Part shown: in pieces, positions 48,259 through 57,715 of the stretch
How positions within the stretch are numbered: the stretch's first letter is position 1
Layout of the letters: every line of letters starts with the position of its first letter
Assembly: GCA_038529355.1 (NCBI GenBank)
Contig: JBCBDU010000001.1
Coordinates: forward strand, 90,565 to 154,564
Length of the DNA: 64,000 nt
Source: Pseudomonadota bacterium
GTDB lineage: Bacteria > Pseudomonadota > Gammaproteobacteria > Steroidobacterales > Woeseiaceae
Direction: 5' to 3'
Notes under the pieces: model-generated
What the model saw: the letters and a program-made list of their open reading frames with translations, nothing else
Database searches by the model: none
What the model was told of the DNA's origin: nothing
Position numbers and translations under genes: made by a program

Positions 48259-48891
48259 CTACGCTGATTCGGTGGCGGCGTTTTTCGCGCTCGCTGTCGC
48301 TATCGCCCAAATTGCCAGCACCTGCAATCCGCGCATCCAACGCGAATCCAGAGACATTGGGTAAACCATGCCAACGATCGGCATTACCGTGAGTACGGTG
48401 GCCAGCAGGTAGGGGTTCAAAAAGCTTGAACCAATTGCGCGCGTATTTGATTGATTCAGTCTGAACATCAAAGCGATACCCACAACGTAGAGCCCAGTGT
48501 AGACAGAGAAATACATCACTACTGCGGGCAGAAATCCTGCTTCCATGACTTGTGCCGTAATTGGCCACGCCTGTTTTTGCACCAGCGCTGTTTCCCAGGC
48601 AAGAGCGACCATTGCGAAAGTGAGCATGGTCACCAATTGGACCACAGCCCCGACCAACTTCAGGTTGTTGAATCTGTTGGTTACAAAAAATGGCGTCAGT
48701 CTGAGGACGTTGACTAAGTACCGGATGCTGGCCCTCTTCCGACCGTTTTCCTCGCCGCTGCGCCGAAAATCTTCCTCCAAATCTCCCAACAAGTCTTCCT
48801 TGACAGCTTTCGGAGCCAAAACACTAACGAGTGTTTCCAGCGTTCGCGGTGGCCGGCAATTGGCGGTCACGACGTCGTCCCTGTCGGCCAA
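48259..48891 (-). CDS. PadR-associated polytopic membrane protein
   Basis: 210 aa. N-terminus PPRTLETLVSVLAPKAVKEDLLGDLEEDF is the typical prefix of membrane proteins encoded after PadR regulators. 4 TM helices. Overlaps the PadR gene by 25 nt. Confidence 0.65.
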   Translation of the reverse strand: MADRDDVVTANCRPPRTLETLVSVLAPKAVKEDLLGDLEEDFRRSGEENGRKRASIRYLVNVLRLTPFFVTNRFNNLKLVGAVVQLVTMLTFAMVALAWETALVQKQAWPITAQVMEAGFLPAVVMYFSVYTGLYVVGIALMFRLNQSNTRAIGSSFLNPYLLATVLTVMPIVGMVYPMSLDSRWMRGLQVLAIWAIATASAKNAATESA

Positions 48892-49211
48892 CCGGGCAGA
48901 CCGTGAAGCATTTTGAACAAGATATGCGAAGACTTTTCCAGCTGCTTGACGCCATGCGCGGTTAGCGCGTAATACCGCTTTGCGCGCCCACCTCGTACCG
49001 CGGTCGGCTCGCCGATACTCGATGTCACGTAGGCCTTCTTCTCCAAACGCGACAGTGTCGGGTACAAAGCGCCAATCGAGACTGGACGGCCGGAGCGGCT
49101 CTCAATCTCATCACGTATCGCTACACCGTAGGCTTGATCACCCAGGCGGATCAATGCCGCAAGAATCAGAATTTCAAACTCACCGAGACTTTTCGCTTGC
49201 TTCATGATCAC
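48867..49211 (-). CDS. PadR family transcriptional regulator
   Basis: 114 aa. Winged helix ILAALIRLGDQAYGVAIRDEIESRSGRPVSIGALYPTLSRLEKKAYV. Confidence 0.9.
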   Translation of the reverse strand: MIMKQAKSLGEFEILILAALIRLGDQAYGVAIRDEIESRSGRPVSIGALYPTLSRLEKKAYVTSSIGEPTAVRGGRAKRYYALTAHGVKQLEKSSHILFKMLHGLPGWPTGTTS

Positions 49212-49306
49212 TATCTCTGATAATACTTACAATGTATATTAAATAACTTCGCACTCGTAAGCCAGCGATCTGGTTTGCCACTGCGTCATCAGCCCTGGAG
49301 CCTGTC

Positions 49307-50458
49307 ATGCGAGCAATCAGTATAGTGATCATCGTAGTTTCGATGCTTTTGTCCTACGCGTGTCACGCGCAACCAGACGCATCCCTCACGTTCGAAGACA
49401 CTAATCTGTTGCTCGCGATACAGCGCGCAACGAGCGCAGAAAACCGGACGCTAACCGCGTTCGACATCGCTGCCTTGGACAAACTGGACATCTCCAATCT
49501 GGGCGTTACCTCGCTCGAAGGTATGCAAGCCGCAAAAAATCTCAAGGCATTGCGCATCAGCAACAATCAAATATCCGACCTATCGCCGTTGGCAGACCTC
49601 ATCAAACTGGAGCAACTGGTTGTAGATCATAACCCCATCACGTCGATCGACGGACTGGAGAGGCTTGCCGCGTTACGTGTGTTTCACGCGGATGGCGCGC
49701 AGCTTGCGGACATCTCAGCAGCGCGTGGCTGGAAAAACCTGGTCGGGATCACGATTGGCTCATCAGGGCTCGCAAGCATTGAGCCGCTCGCAGGTTTGAA
49801 ACACCTAAAGGCGATCTGGGTGCCCGGCAATCTGGTCAGTGACGTGTCCGTTTTGCAAACACTGCCTCAGCTGCAAGTTCTGGTGCTTGGCGACAATCCG
49901 ATACACTCGCTAGCGCCCGTGCGAAGCTTGCATGAGCTCGTTGACGTCGGGTTGTTTGACTTGAACTTGCAAGACATCTCCTTTCTGCAGCAAGCATCAA
50001 AACTGCAACGACTCAACATTCGTAACAACAAGATCACCGACATCAGCCCGTTAGCGGATGCCAGCGAGCTACAGTGGTTAGATCTGACGAACAATCGGAT
50101 ATCAGACATCTCGCCGCTTTCCCAAGCGACAGCGCTCGAGCGGCTGCTCGTTGCGCGCAACCAACTGACGTCGCTAGCACCGCTATCTGCAGCGCAGCAA
50201 CTCCAGTGGCTTCGCGCCGATGCAAACAGCATCACCACCATTGCGCCGCTCGAGAAGCTCGATAAGCTGCAGTATGTGTCAGTCACCAATAACGACTTGG
50301 CTGTCGGCAAGCAACAAACGTCAACGGGCATCGCAAAGTCGATCGAGTCTCGCGGAGCCACTGTGGTGTTGTCACCGCAAACAGCACCGTCGATCTATGG
50401 ATCGCTACCCGGCAAAGCGATTGGACCAGATTCGGATCCCGATCAAGCGCTATTCTAG
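49307..50458 (+). CDS. Secreted leucine-rich repeat protein (internalin-like 22-residue LRRs)
   Basis: 383 aa with a signal peptide. About 13 tandem units of the type LxxLxxLxLxxNxIxDISPLxx, for example LQRLNIRNNKITDISPLADASE and LQWLDLTNNRISDISPLSQATA. Confidence 0.85.
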   Translation: MRAISIVIIVVSMLLSYACHAQPDASLTFEDTNLLLAIQRATSAENRTLTAFDIAALDKLDISNLGVTSLEGMQAAKNLKALRISNNQISDLSPLADLIKLEQLVVDHNPITSIDGLERLAALRVFHADGAQLADISAARGWKNLVGITIGSSGLASIEPLAGLKHLKAIWVPGNLVSDVSVLQTLPQLQVLVLGDNPIHSLAPVRSLHELVDVGLFDLNLQDISFLQQASKLQRLNIRNNKITDISPLADASELQWLDLTNNRISDISPLSQATALERLLVARNQLTSLAPLSAAQQLQWLRADANSITTIAPLEKLDKLQYVSVTNNDLAVGKQQTSTGIAKSIESRGATVVLSPQTAPSIYGSLPGKAIGPDSDPDQALF

Positions 50459-50989
50459 TTATTCCCTGAGCACGCTCTGCTCATAAGCCTTGCTTGCTTT
50501 GAGCAGTGTTTCGTAACGTTCAAGCAATAACGGATTACTCTCGATCAGCCCGATCATGTAGGCGTCTGCCTCGGCCTTCTTTTTTCTGGTCATCATGATC
50601 GCCGTGCGCTCGTCGGGGGGCGGACCGCCGGCACCATTGATCAGAAACTGCTGCTGGGTCACTTCGGCTAACGCGTCGGTGAAGTACTTCGGTGCACAGC
50701 GCATCTTTTTGAAGCGGGTTCCAGTCTGCGCAACCTTTCTGCAGACCACCTGATAATCGTCAACGCGATTCAGACTGTTGAACACGTCCCAAAAATCCAA
50801 TCGAGCTTGCACGACCACTTTGCTCAGTTGAAGCGGTGTTTGCTGGCCCAGCACTTCAATCTCGTCGATGACTTTGTCATCAGCAGTTTCCTGCTCGGTC
50901 GCACCTTCCTCGGCCGTCTGTGCATGCGCCACCGACAGGCTCATCAGGATCCACGCGGCCAACAGCAACGAGGCAATACGGGTAGTCAT
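50459..50989 (-). CDS. Secreted hypothetical protein, paralogue B
   Basis: 176 aa. Signal peptide ending AHA, acidic stretch, VIDEIEVLGQQT, two conserved Cys, C-terminus RKKKAEADAYMIGLIESNPLLLERYE. About half identical by eye to 51924..52466. Confidence 0.65.
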   Translation of the reverse strand: MTTRIASLLLAAWILMSLSVAHAQTAEEGATEQETADDKVIDEIEVLGQQTPLQLSKVVVQARLDFWDVFNSLNRVDDYQVVCRKVAQTGTRFKKMRCAPKYFTDALAEVTQQQFLINGAGGPPPDERTAIMMTRKKKAEADAYMIGLIESNPLLLERYETLLKASKAYEQSVLRE

Positions 50990-51150
50990 TCAGATTCTCC
51001 AGTGTTCCAGGTATCGCCCTGCGCGCACCAACACCGGCATAGACCGACGACGGGCATCAGAGCAGATAGATATAGGTAGAAAGCTAAAGGATTGACGTTG
51101 CCGGCGCAACGGTCGAATCTACTGTAATGACTGTTAAATGGTTATGACAT

Positions 51151-51834
51151 TCAAAAGGTGGCCACGGCTTCGTCCACGGCGCTGTCCGCTGCCGAGCGCC
51201 CATCCCAGTCTGCTCGCGGCACGATGACGTACGCATCGCTGATTTGCCGAGCCGTCTCGTAAAACGCTGTCAATTGCCGGCCCGTCCAGACCAACACGCC
51301 AATGATCAGCGCAATCAATACCATCAGGCTCGCAAACACCGTATTGCGCACGGTACGCGTGACACGATCCAGCTTGTCTATCGTCGCTTCGGTGCGCATC
51401 AGCGCCGGTGAGACGAACGCCTGATCGACGCGCGTCAGCAGCGCTTGGGTTAGCTCGGTCAACGGCTGCTCGGCGTTGCGAATCGCGCTGTCAATCTGAT
51501 CCGCATTCTCACCAGTGGTCGCAACGAGCGTCGACAGTGTCGCCAATATCCGGTCGATCTCGCTGAGCTGCTCGGGTGATAAATTGATCCCGACCTCCCG
51601 TAGCGTGTTGATCGCTGCGGCGAGTTCAGTGACGGCCACAGCCAGTTCGGCCGGTACCTGATCAACGCCGGCAATCGTGATGGTCACGACGTCTGTCTCA
51701 TCAGCCGTGTTTGGCTCGACGGACTGGGCGAGGATGATTGAATCGCCGATGTTGGGCGTTGCGATAGCTTGCGCCAGCGCTGCCGAACCTGCCAGCCATG
51801 ACATGACGTACACGGCCAGTATTGAAATACGCAT
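51151..51834 (-). CDS. Hypothetical exported helical protein with a C-terminal TM anchor
   Basis: 227 aa. Signal peptide, Ala/Leu/Thr-rich helical region, one TM helix (VFASLMVLIALIIGVLVW). Lies between the two paralogues. Confidence 0.55.
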   Translation of the reverse strand: MRISILAVYVMSWLAGSAALAQAIATPNIGDSIILAQSVEPNTADETDVVTITIAGVDQVPAELAVAVTELAAAINTLREVGINLSPEQLSEIDRILATLSTLVATTGENADQIDSAIRNAEQPLTELTQALLTRVDQAFVSPALMRTEATIDKLDRVTRTVRNTVFASLMVLIALIIGVLVWTGRQLTAFYETARQISDAYVIVPRADWDGRSAADSAVDEAVATF

Positions 51835-51923
51835 TGGTATCAGTAACTCCTGAAGTTATCGAAAACTAGACAACGCACAACAGCAGCGAGCGCGACATAC
51901 GTCGCAATCCCAGCACGTACCGC

Positions 51924-52466
51924 TTAGTCGGATGCCTGACTGCGCTCGTAAGCCTCGTTAGCTTCCAAGAGCGCTTCGTACTTCTCAAGCAATAGTGGAT
52001 TCGATTCGATCAATTCCACCATATACGCATCAGCCTCCGCCTTTTTCTTGCGCGTCGCTGAGATGATCGCCTCCTGATCGGGCGGCTGTGCGATCAATTG
52101 GATATTGCCATTCACATCGCGCCGCATCCGTTGCTGACTGACCTCGGCCATTTTGTCGCTGTAATAGCGCGGCACGCAGCGCAGCCGCTTGATATTGCTG
52201 CCGATCGGCGCAATGCGCTCGCAATTCACGCGGTAGTCCGGAACGTTATTGATGCTGTTGTAGAGCCCCCAAAAATCGAGTCGAGCCTCGACGACAATTT
52301 TCTCAAGTTGACGCGTCGTCTTCCGGCCGATGACCTCAATCTCGTCAATAACTTGATTCTCTTGGTCGGCGTCTAGATCACCGGAATCAACGTCCGCAAA
52401 CACGACGGTCGAAACCGCCGCATTGCACACTATCAACAAAAGCGCACTAGGGAGACTGTGTTTCAT
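51924..52466 (-). CDS. Secreted hypothetical protein, paralogue A
   Basis: ATG 52466 (MKHSLPSALLLIV...) is preferred over the track GTG at 52475. Carries VIDEIEVIGRKT, two Cys, and RKKKAEADAYMVELIESNPLLLEKYE. Confidence 0.65.
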   Translation of the reverse strand: MKHSLPSALLLIVCNAAVSTVVFADVDSGDLDADQENQVIDEIEVIGRKTTRQLEKIVVEARLDFWGLYNSINNVPDYRVNCERIAPIGSNIKRLRCVPRYYSDKMAEVSQQRMRRDVNGNIQLIAQPPDQEAIISATRKKKAEADAYMVELIESNPLLLEKYEALLEANEAYERSQASD

Positions 52467-52484
52467 ACTCTGCACCGCAAAACT

Positions 52485-52549
52485 CAGTTCAGTTCAGTTC
52501 AGTTCAGCTCGGCTTGGCTTGGCTCGGCTTGGCTCGGCTTGGCTCAGCT
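52485..52549. repeat. Tandem pentanucleotide repeat array (13 units)
   Basis: Read directly from the plus strand: CAGTT x4, CAGCT, CGGCT, TGGCT, TGGCT, CGGCT, TGGCT, CGGCT, TGGCT, CAGCT. It starts 18 nt upstream of the paralogue A start codon. Confidence 0.9.
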
Positions 52550-52735
52550 TGGGACACGACGCACGCGTGTGCGCAACTTGTTTCGTTGAACCAATCGGCC
52601 CAAGCAGTGCCACCGTGGCTGAGCCGTAAAGTAACCGAACCATTTTGCCGGTTCAAGAATGCCCGTCGCAATTAGGCATAGCACTGTAGGGCATGGGCCT
52701 TACGCTCAACAGGTGCCTATTTTAGCCAGCCTTTC

Positions 52736-54472
52736 CTACCGAACAATCTCACCGTCGCGATAACGTATCTTGCCACCGACCATGGTCATCGTGATCTCGG
52801 TATCAAGCAGAGCATCATTGGGCACTTCAAGAATATTTTGCGACAAGATCGCAAGATCGGCGAGCTTGCCCGGCGTGATCGAGCCCTTGATGTCTTCTTC
52901 AAACGCAGCGATCGCATTGCCCATCGTGTAGGAGTACAAAGCGCGATCACGCGGATATGCTTCTTCGGAGTAGAAGACCGTGCCGTCCGCCAGCTCCCGC
53001 GTCACCGAGCAATGGAAGCTGCCGATCGGACTGATTTCATCAACGGGTGGATCCGTACCATTGGTCGGCACGAGGCCAGCCTCGGCGAGCGTGTTGAAGA
53101 TATAACCGCGCTCGCGCGTGCGCTGTTCGCCGAGACGCTCGACGACCCACGGCCCATCGGAGCATGCGAAAATGCCTTGCACCGCCGGGATGATGCCAAG
53201 TTCGACCGTGCGTGCGATGTCGTCCGGATGGATCACCTGCGCATGCTCGATGCGCCAACGTAAATCCGTTTTGTCCGGATGCTTTTCGAACTCGGCCTCG
53301 TAAATGTTGAGCAGCTCGCGATAAGCGCGATCGCCAATCCCCTGAATCGCCATTTGATAGCCGTGCTGCATGGCCAGTTTTGCAGACGCTTCTATCTCGG
53401 CCAACGGCACCACGTTCAAGCCGTTGCTGCTCGGCATGTCGGCATACGGTTGCAGCAACCAACCACCGTGCGTACCCAGCGCGCCGTCGAGCACTTTTTC
53501 GCCAATGGTGCGAACCGTCAGGAAATTATCGCCGTAGCCGATCATGCGATAGGCGGCGAGCCGGTCCGCCATATCCGCAGCTTGCTCCTCGAACGCCATG
53601 TACAGACGTATCGGCAAGTTGCCTTCGTCGGCCATCGTTTTCAGCAGGTCGACCTCGGCGAACGTCGTGCCCAGATCCTGAAACGACGTGATGCCATGAC
53701 GCAGCGATTCCTCACCTGCCAGCGTGATCATGCGCCGCAGTTCAGACTCGGCAACGCCGGCCGGTCGACGACCCTGATGGCCCGAGAAGGCAATCCGAAA
53801 CACATCCTGCGCCGCCTCGCGCATCATGCCGGTTGCACGGCCGTTCGCATCGCGGACAATTTCGCCACCCGGCGGTGGAACGGTATCGTCACCGAGCTCT
53901 ACCAAGCGCATCGCAAACTCGTTGACGAATACGGCATGCCCGCTCGTATGAATCAGCATCACCGGATGATCCGGCGTTGCGGCGCTCAGCGCATCATGCA
54001 GCGGCAGCCCCTCGACGAGATTCGCCTCCTGCGTCACCCATTTATCCTGATGCCAACCGCGTCCAACGATCCACTCACCTGCCGGAGTTTCAGCCGCAGC
54101 CTGCGCAACCATCGACACGATTTGCTCGAAACTCTTTGCATAGCGAAAATCGAGAATCATTAAAGCGCCGCCGAAACTGGTGTAGTGCCCATGTCCCTCG
54201 ATGAATCCGGGGATCACCATTTGCCCGTCGAGATCGATGACTTGCGTCTGCTCGCCACGATGTTCGCTCATCGCCTCACTAGTGCCGACATCGAGAATAC
54301 GGTCGCCCGCGATAGCGATAGCCTCCGCGCGTGGCAACGCCTCGTCGACAGTAACGACATCAGCATTGATCAAGATCAGGTCGGCCACCGCTCTGGTTTC
54401 CGAGGGCGCCTTCTTTGCACAGCTAAAGAGCGCCGTGACGGCAAGAATGATGAGAACACGTTGCGTAACCAT
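52736..54472 (-). CDS. Amidohydrolase family lipoprotein (Amidohydro_3 / YtcJ-like)
   Basis: 578 aa. Lipobox LFSC. Metal motif VIPGFIEGHGHY. Typical C-terminus GSITPGKLADLAIL. Confidence 0.88.
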   Translation of the reverse strand: MVTQRVLIILAVTALFSCAKKAPSETRAVADLILINADVVTVDEALPRAEAIAIAGDRILDVGTSEAMSEHRGEQTQVIDLDGQMVIPGFIEGHGHYTSFGGALMILDFRYAKSFEQIVSMVAQAAAETPAGEWIVGRGWHQDKWVTQEANLVEGLPLHDALSAATPDHPVMLIHTSGHAVFVNEFAMRLVELGDDTVPPPGGEIVRDANGRATGMMREAAQDVFRIAFSGHQGRRPAGVAESELRRMITLAGEESLRHGITSFQDLGTTFAEVDLLKTMADEGNLPIRLYMAFEEQAADMADRLAAYRMIGYGDNFLTVRTIGEKVLDGALGTHGGWLLQPYADMPSSNGLNVVPLAEIEASAKLAMQHGYQMAIQGIGDRAYRELLNIYEAEFEKHPDKTDLRWRIEHAQVIHPDDIARTVELGIIPAVQGIFACSDGPWVVERLGEQRTRERGYIFNTLAEAGLVPTNGTDPPVDEISPIGSFHCSVTRELADGTVFYSEEAYPRDRALYSYTMGNAIAAFEEDIKGSITPGKLADLAILSQNILEVPNDALLDTEITMTMVGGKIRYRDGEIVR

Positions 54473-54740
54473 GCGAGCGAGTGTAGTCGATCATGCGCGC
54501 TTTGCCGAATTACAAACCGATGACCCGTGCGCGCGCAGCCGTCACGTCACAAGCTTGCTGCCGCCTCAACCAAGCAGAAGCTCGAACCTGCCTGCCGCGG
54601 TCGCATGCCGCACTGTTTGTGCCATCACTCGACGAAACGCTCGACACAATGCTCGTTACATCGCTGGGCATATCACCCGAGCGCACTGGTATCGCGCGAC
54701 GTGTCGTTGCGCTGACGCGCTGGCTCGAAAATCGGAGCAT

Positions 54741-54770
54741 AAAAAAGGCTCCCATACGGGAGCCTCTTTT
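54741..54770 (-). terminator. Rho-independent terminator after the TonB-dependent receptor
   Basis: A6 run, then GGCTCCC-ATAC-GGGAGCC (54747-54764), then TCTTTT. Confidence 0.75.
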
Positions 54771-54821
54771 GTCGCGGTCGCGTGCATGTCGTGTGCTATC
54801 CGCACGCAACAGATTGGCCGC

Positions 54822-56915
54822 TTAGAAGCGGAAGTCTGCGGACAAACGCAGGTTGCGCGGTATGCCGGGTTGTACCCAAACGTTGGCGAACGAGTTAGTG
54901 AAGAACTCCTCGTCAAACAAGTTATTCACTTCCAGGCGCAAACCTAGCGAGTCTGAATAGTCATAGCTCGCGGCAATTCTCGCCGTGGTGTAGCTCGGCA
55001 GGCGGAAATCCTGACCGAACTCACCGCTTCTGTCGCCAACATGGGTGACACCGCCGATAAGCGTTAGCGCTCTGCCACGCAAGCGCATCTCTTGCGCAAC
55101 CTGCAGACTCAACTGCTGTTCGGCGACGTTCAGCATGTCCGAACCCGCTGGAATGAACACAAACGAGATAAAGTCTGTGTAGTCGTTCTTCGTTTCGGCG
55201 TCTACGTAGGCGTAGGAAAGCCACATGCTTAGTGTGTCAGTGACTTCGCCGACCAAATCCAACTCAAAACCTTGGCTGCCTGCAGCGCCGACTGCCGTCG
55301 GATTGAAGTCGGCATCGAAGGTCGCAATGTTCGACTGATCTATATCAAAAATGGCAAAGGTACCGACCAGTGCGCCGTCATTCATGGCCAACTTCACACC
55401 GACCTCGGTGGACTCCGAGATGTTCGGGTCGAGGCCATTTTCGTCGGTAGCGCCAGACAACGGACGGAAGTTCTCGCCATAGACGCCATACAAGGAGAGG
55501 TTCTCTGTTGCCTGATAGACAATGCCAAACTGCGGACTCACGCGAGTTTCCGCATAGTCAGAACGGCTCTCCGCCAGACGATTGTCGAGCGACTGCTCGT
55601 AGTCATCAATGCGCGCGCCGATACGAATATCGAGGCGTTCCGTTACGCTGATTTGGTTCTGGATATAGAACCCCACAGACTCCTGTGTCTCAAGGCGGTC
55701 GATTTGCGGCGCCAGAGCCAGGCCAGAGGCTGGTGAGTTGCCGTAGACGGGGTTAAAGATATTGATAATCTGGTCGGTAGAACGGTCGCGGAATGCGATT
55801 TGATCGTTCTCGAATTTGTCGGCATCCATACCGATGATGATCCGATGTTGAATATCGCCGGTGTAAAAGCTACCGGCGAGCTCAGCGCGGAACACCTGAT
55901 AGTTAGCATCGTAATCGCGGTCGCGGCTAAACCGGCCAAAGTTGCCGTCGGCATCCGGAGCACCAAAGCCGTTTTCCGATGCTAAACCGTCAAGTTCCGT
56001 GTCGCGCAGGTTGAATCCGACCAATGCGCTCCAGTCGTCGTTGAAGTTGTGCTGAAACTCAACTTGATGACCCAACACGCCTGTCTCGATCGGTCCGTAG
56101 CTTGGCTCGCCAAGAAAACGGCTTTCCGGGATCAAGCCCAACTGGCCATCGATCGCAATGACGCCACGATCAAAGGGTGTCTCCTGATCGCTGTATTCCA
56201 TCTCATACACCAGCTGGCTTGAATCATTGATGCGCCATGCCACTGATGGGCTGAACAAAATTTTATTGGTTTCGATGGTATCGCGGAAGCTTTCGGCATC
56301 TTCGTACGCGCCGACGAGTCGGATTGCTACGGCGTCCGACAGCGGCGTCGTGTAATCGAAATCAACGCGGTAGGTGCTGAAGCTGCCAGCGGCTACGTTG
56401 ACTTCGCCTGCCGTTTCAAACGTTGGGCGCTTCGTGACAAGATTTACTGTGCCGCCAGGTTCACCGCGACCATACAGTGCCGCGCGCGGACCCTTAAGGA
56501 CCTCGACCGATTCGACACCCGACAAATCACGTGCCCCGCCAAAACCACGACCGGCATTGAAGCCATTGACAAGGAAGTTGCTCGGCAAGTTTTCATCGCC
56601 AACGAAGCCTCGTATGGCAAAACTGTTCCAGAGACCACCGAAGTTATTCTGCCGGGATACAGAGGCCGACAGATCCAGTGCCTGCACAAGATCGATCGAA
56701 CCCGAATCACGCAGCGTCTTGGCGTCGATTTTCAACTCCGCCTGCGGAATCTCGAACACGTCAAAGTCGCCCTGGTAGGCCTGACGGGTGCCCGTGACGG
56801 TAATCGTATCTAGCTCTTTACCGTTTGAGTTATCGGATTGCGCCGCAGCGTCGTTCAGCAAAAGGGCGATGGCTAACGCGACCACAACAGGTGGTGCGCA
56901 CAAACTGGGTTTCAT
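54822..56915 (-). CDS. TonB-dependent (siderophore-type) outer membrane receptor
   Basis: 697 aa. Signal peptide, plug LDTITVTGTRQAY, C-terminus ...LSADFRF. Confidence 0.92.
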   Translation of the reverse strand: MKPSLCAPPVVVALAIALLLNDAAAQSDNSNGKELDTITVTGTRQAYQGDFDVFEIPQAELKIDAKTLRDSGSIDLVQALDLSASVSRQNNFGGLWNSFAIRGFVGDENLPSNFLVNGFNAGRGFGGARDLSGVESVEVLKGPRAALYGRGEPGGTVNLVTKRPTFETAGEVNVAAGSFSTYRVDFDYTTPLSDAVAIRLVGAYEDAESFRDTIETNKILFSPSVAWRINDSSQLVYEMEYSDQETPFDRGVIAIDGQLGLIPESRFLGEPSYGPIETGVLGHQVEFQHNFNDDWSALVGFNLRDTELDGLASENGFGAPDADGNFGRFSRDRDYDANYQVFRAELAGSFYTGDIQHRIIIGMDADKFENDQIAFRDRSTDQIINIFNPVYGNSPASGLALAPQIDRLETQESVGFYIQNQISVTERLDIRIGARIDDYEQSLDNRLAESRSDYAETRVSPQFGIVYQATENLSLYGVYGENFRPLSGATDENGLDPNISESTEVGVKLAMNDGALVGTFAIFDIDQSNIATFDADFNPTAVGAAGSQGFELDLVGEVTDTLSMWLSYAYVDAETKNDYTDFISFVFIPAGSDMLNVAEQQLSLQVAQEMRLRGRALTLIGGVTHVGDRSGEFGQDFRLPSYTTARIAASYDYSDSLGLRLEVNNLFDEEFFTNSFANVWVQPGIPRNLRLSADFRF

Positions 56916-57060
56916 CGGATTCTCCTAGCAAATCGGCTAAAAAGCCGCCCACGCGGCGCTGCTCGCCGGTCAGGCTTGTTGTAATTGGATTTTGGTGTTG
57001 GTGAGCAGATGCCACACTCATACGTTATAACATACCAAATAAGCGTACGTGTACTTTACG

Positions 57061-57097
57061 TGGCCAAAAAAGCGTCAATGTGGCGAAAAAACGTCAA
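57061..57097. repeat. Two direct repeats with 20-bp phasing upstream of the siderophore-type receptor
   Basis: TGGCCAAAAAAGCGTCAA at 57061-57078 and TGGCGAAAAAACGTCAA at 57081-57097. They lie about 146-182 nt upstream of the receptor ATG (56915). Confidence 0.6.
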
Positions 57098-57254
57098 GCA
57101 GTTGCAGGTGCTCGCAACCACTTTTCATTGAGGGGTGGCAATGCGATGCCTCAGGAAATGATTTTTCCCTTTGGGTTGACGGCCCGATGCAGATGAAACA
57201 TCGAATTTTTGACGGGCGCGTTTTTTGTCCCACCAAGTCAGCCGATCCTGCTGG

Positions 57255-57695
57255 TTAGCGGCTAAAAAGCGCGTTCGATTGAATCACTTCTATGCGGACA
57301 ATTTCACCGTCGGAGAACGTAAAAACCTCGACGATATCTGCTGGTGCAGCCTGTGCATCGGAAAGCCAGACCTGATCATGCATGATCACGCGATCGTCAA
57401 TTTCGACGAGATGAACCAGCGCGTTTCTCGCTTGCGGGAAATTCTGGAAATGCGCTTCTCTGTTCGCCTTCACAGCATCGCGGCCTCGCAGTCTCACGTC
57501 GCCTGCGTACATGGCAACCACAACATCAGCTGCGAGGTCACGGACATATTGTTCGCTGTTTTTGGCATTGACTGCAGCGACAATATTTCGAGCGGCCTCT
57601 AGCTTCTGGCTGGCAGCCATGTCGCCGATAAGGTCGGTTGCACAAGCGCTCACAAGCACCATGGCAACAATGAAACCGATGGCTCGTATGCGCAA
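57255..57695 (-). CDS. NTF2-like (SnoaL_2/DUF4440-type) lipoprotein
   Basis: 146 aa. Lipobox LVSAC. Size and alternating pattern fit an NTF2-like alpha+beta barrel. Confidence 0.6.
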   Translation of the reverse strand: MRIRAIGFIVAMVLVSACATDLIGDMAASQKLEAARNIVAAVNAKNSEQYVRDLAADVVVAMYAGDVRLRGRDAVKANREAHFQNFPQARNALVHLVEIDDRVIMHDQVWLSDAQAAPADIVEVFTFSDGEIVRIEVIQSNALFSR

Positions 57696-57715
57696 CCTGT
57701 TATCTCCTGAGTCGC

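Noticed and set aside
53279-54163. 294-aa plus-strand ORF inside the amidohydrolase gene. Similar long antisense ORFs occur at 38992..39975, 39257..40057, 14938..15642, 47636..48568 and 2495..3148.
   Set aside because: All lie opposite confidently assigned genes. They are Arg/His/Gln-rich without recognisable domains and lack SD sequences.
56916-57060. Search for a Fur box upstream of the siderophore-type receptor
   Set aside because: I found no convincing match to GATAATGATAATCATTATC, only scattered AT-rich words.
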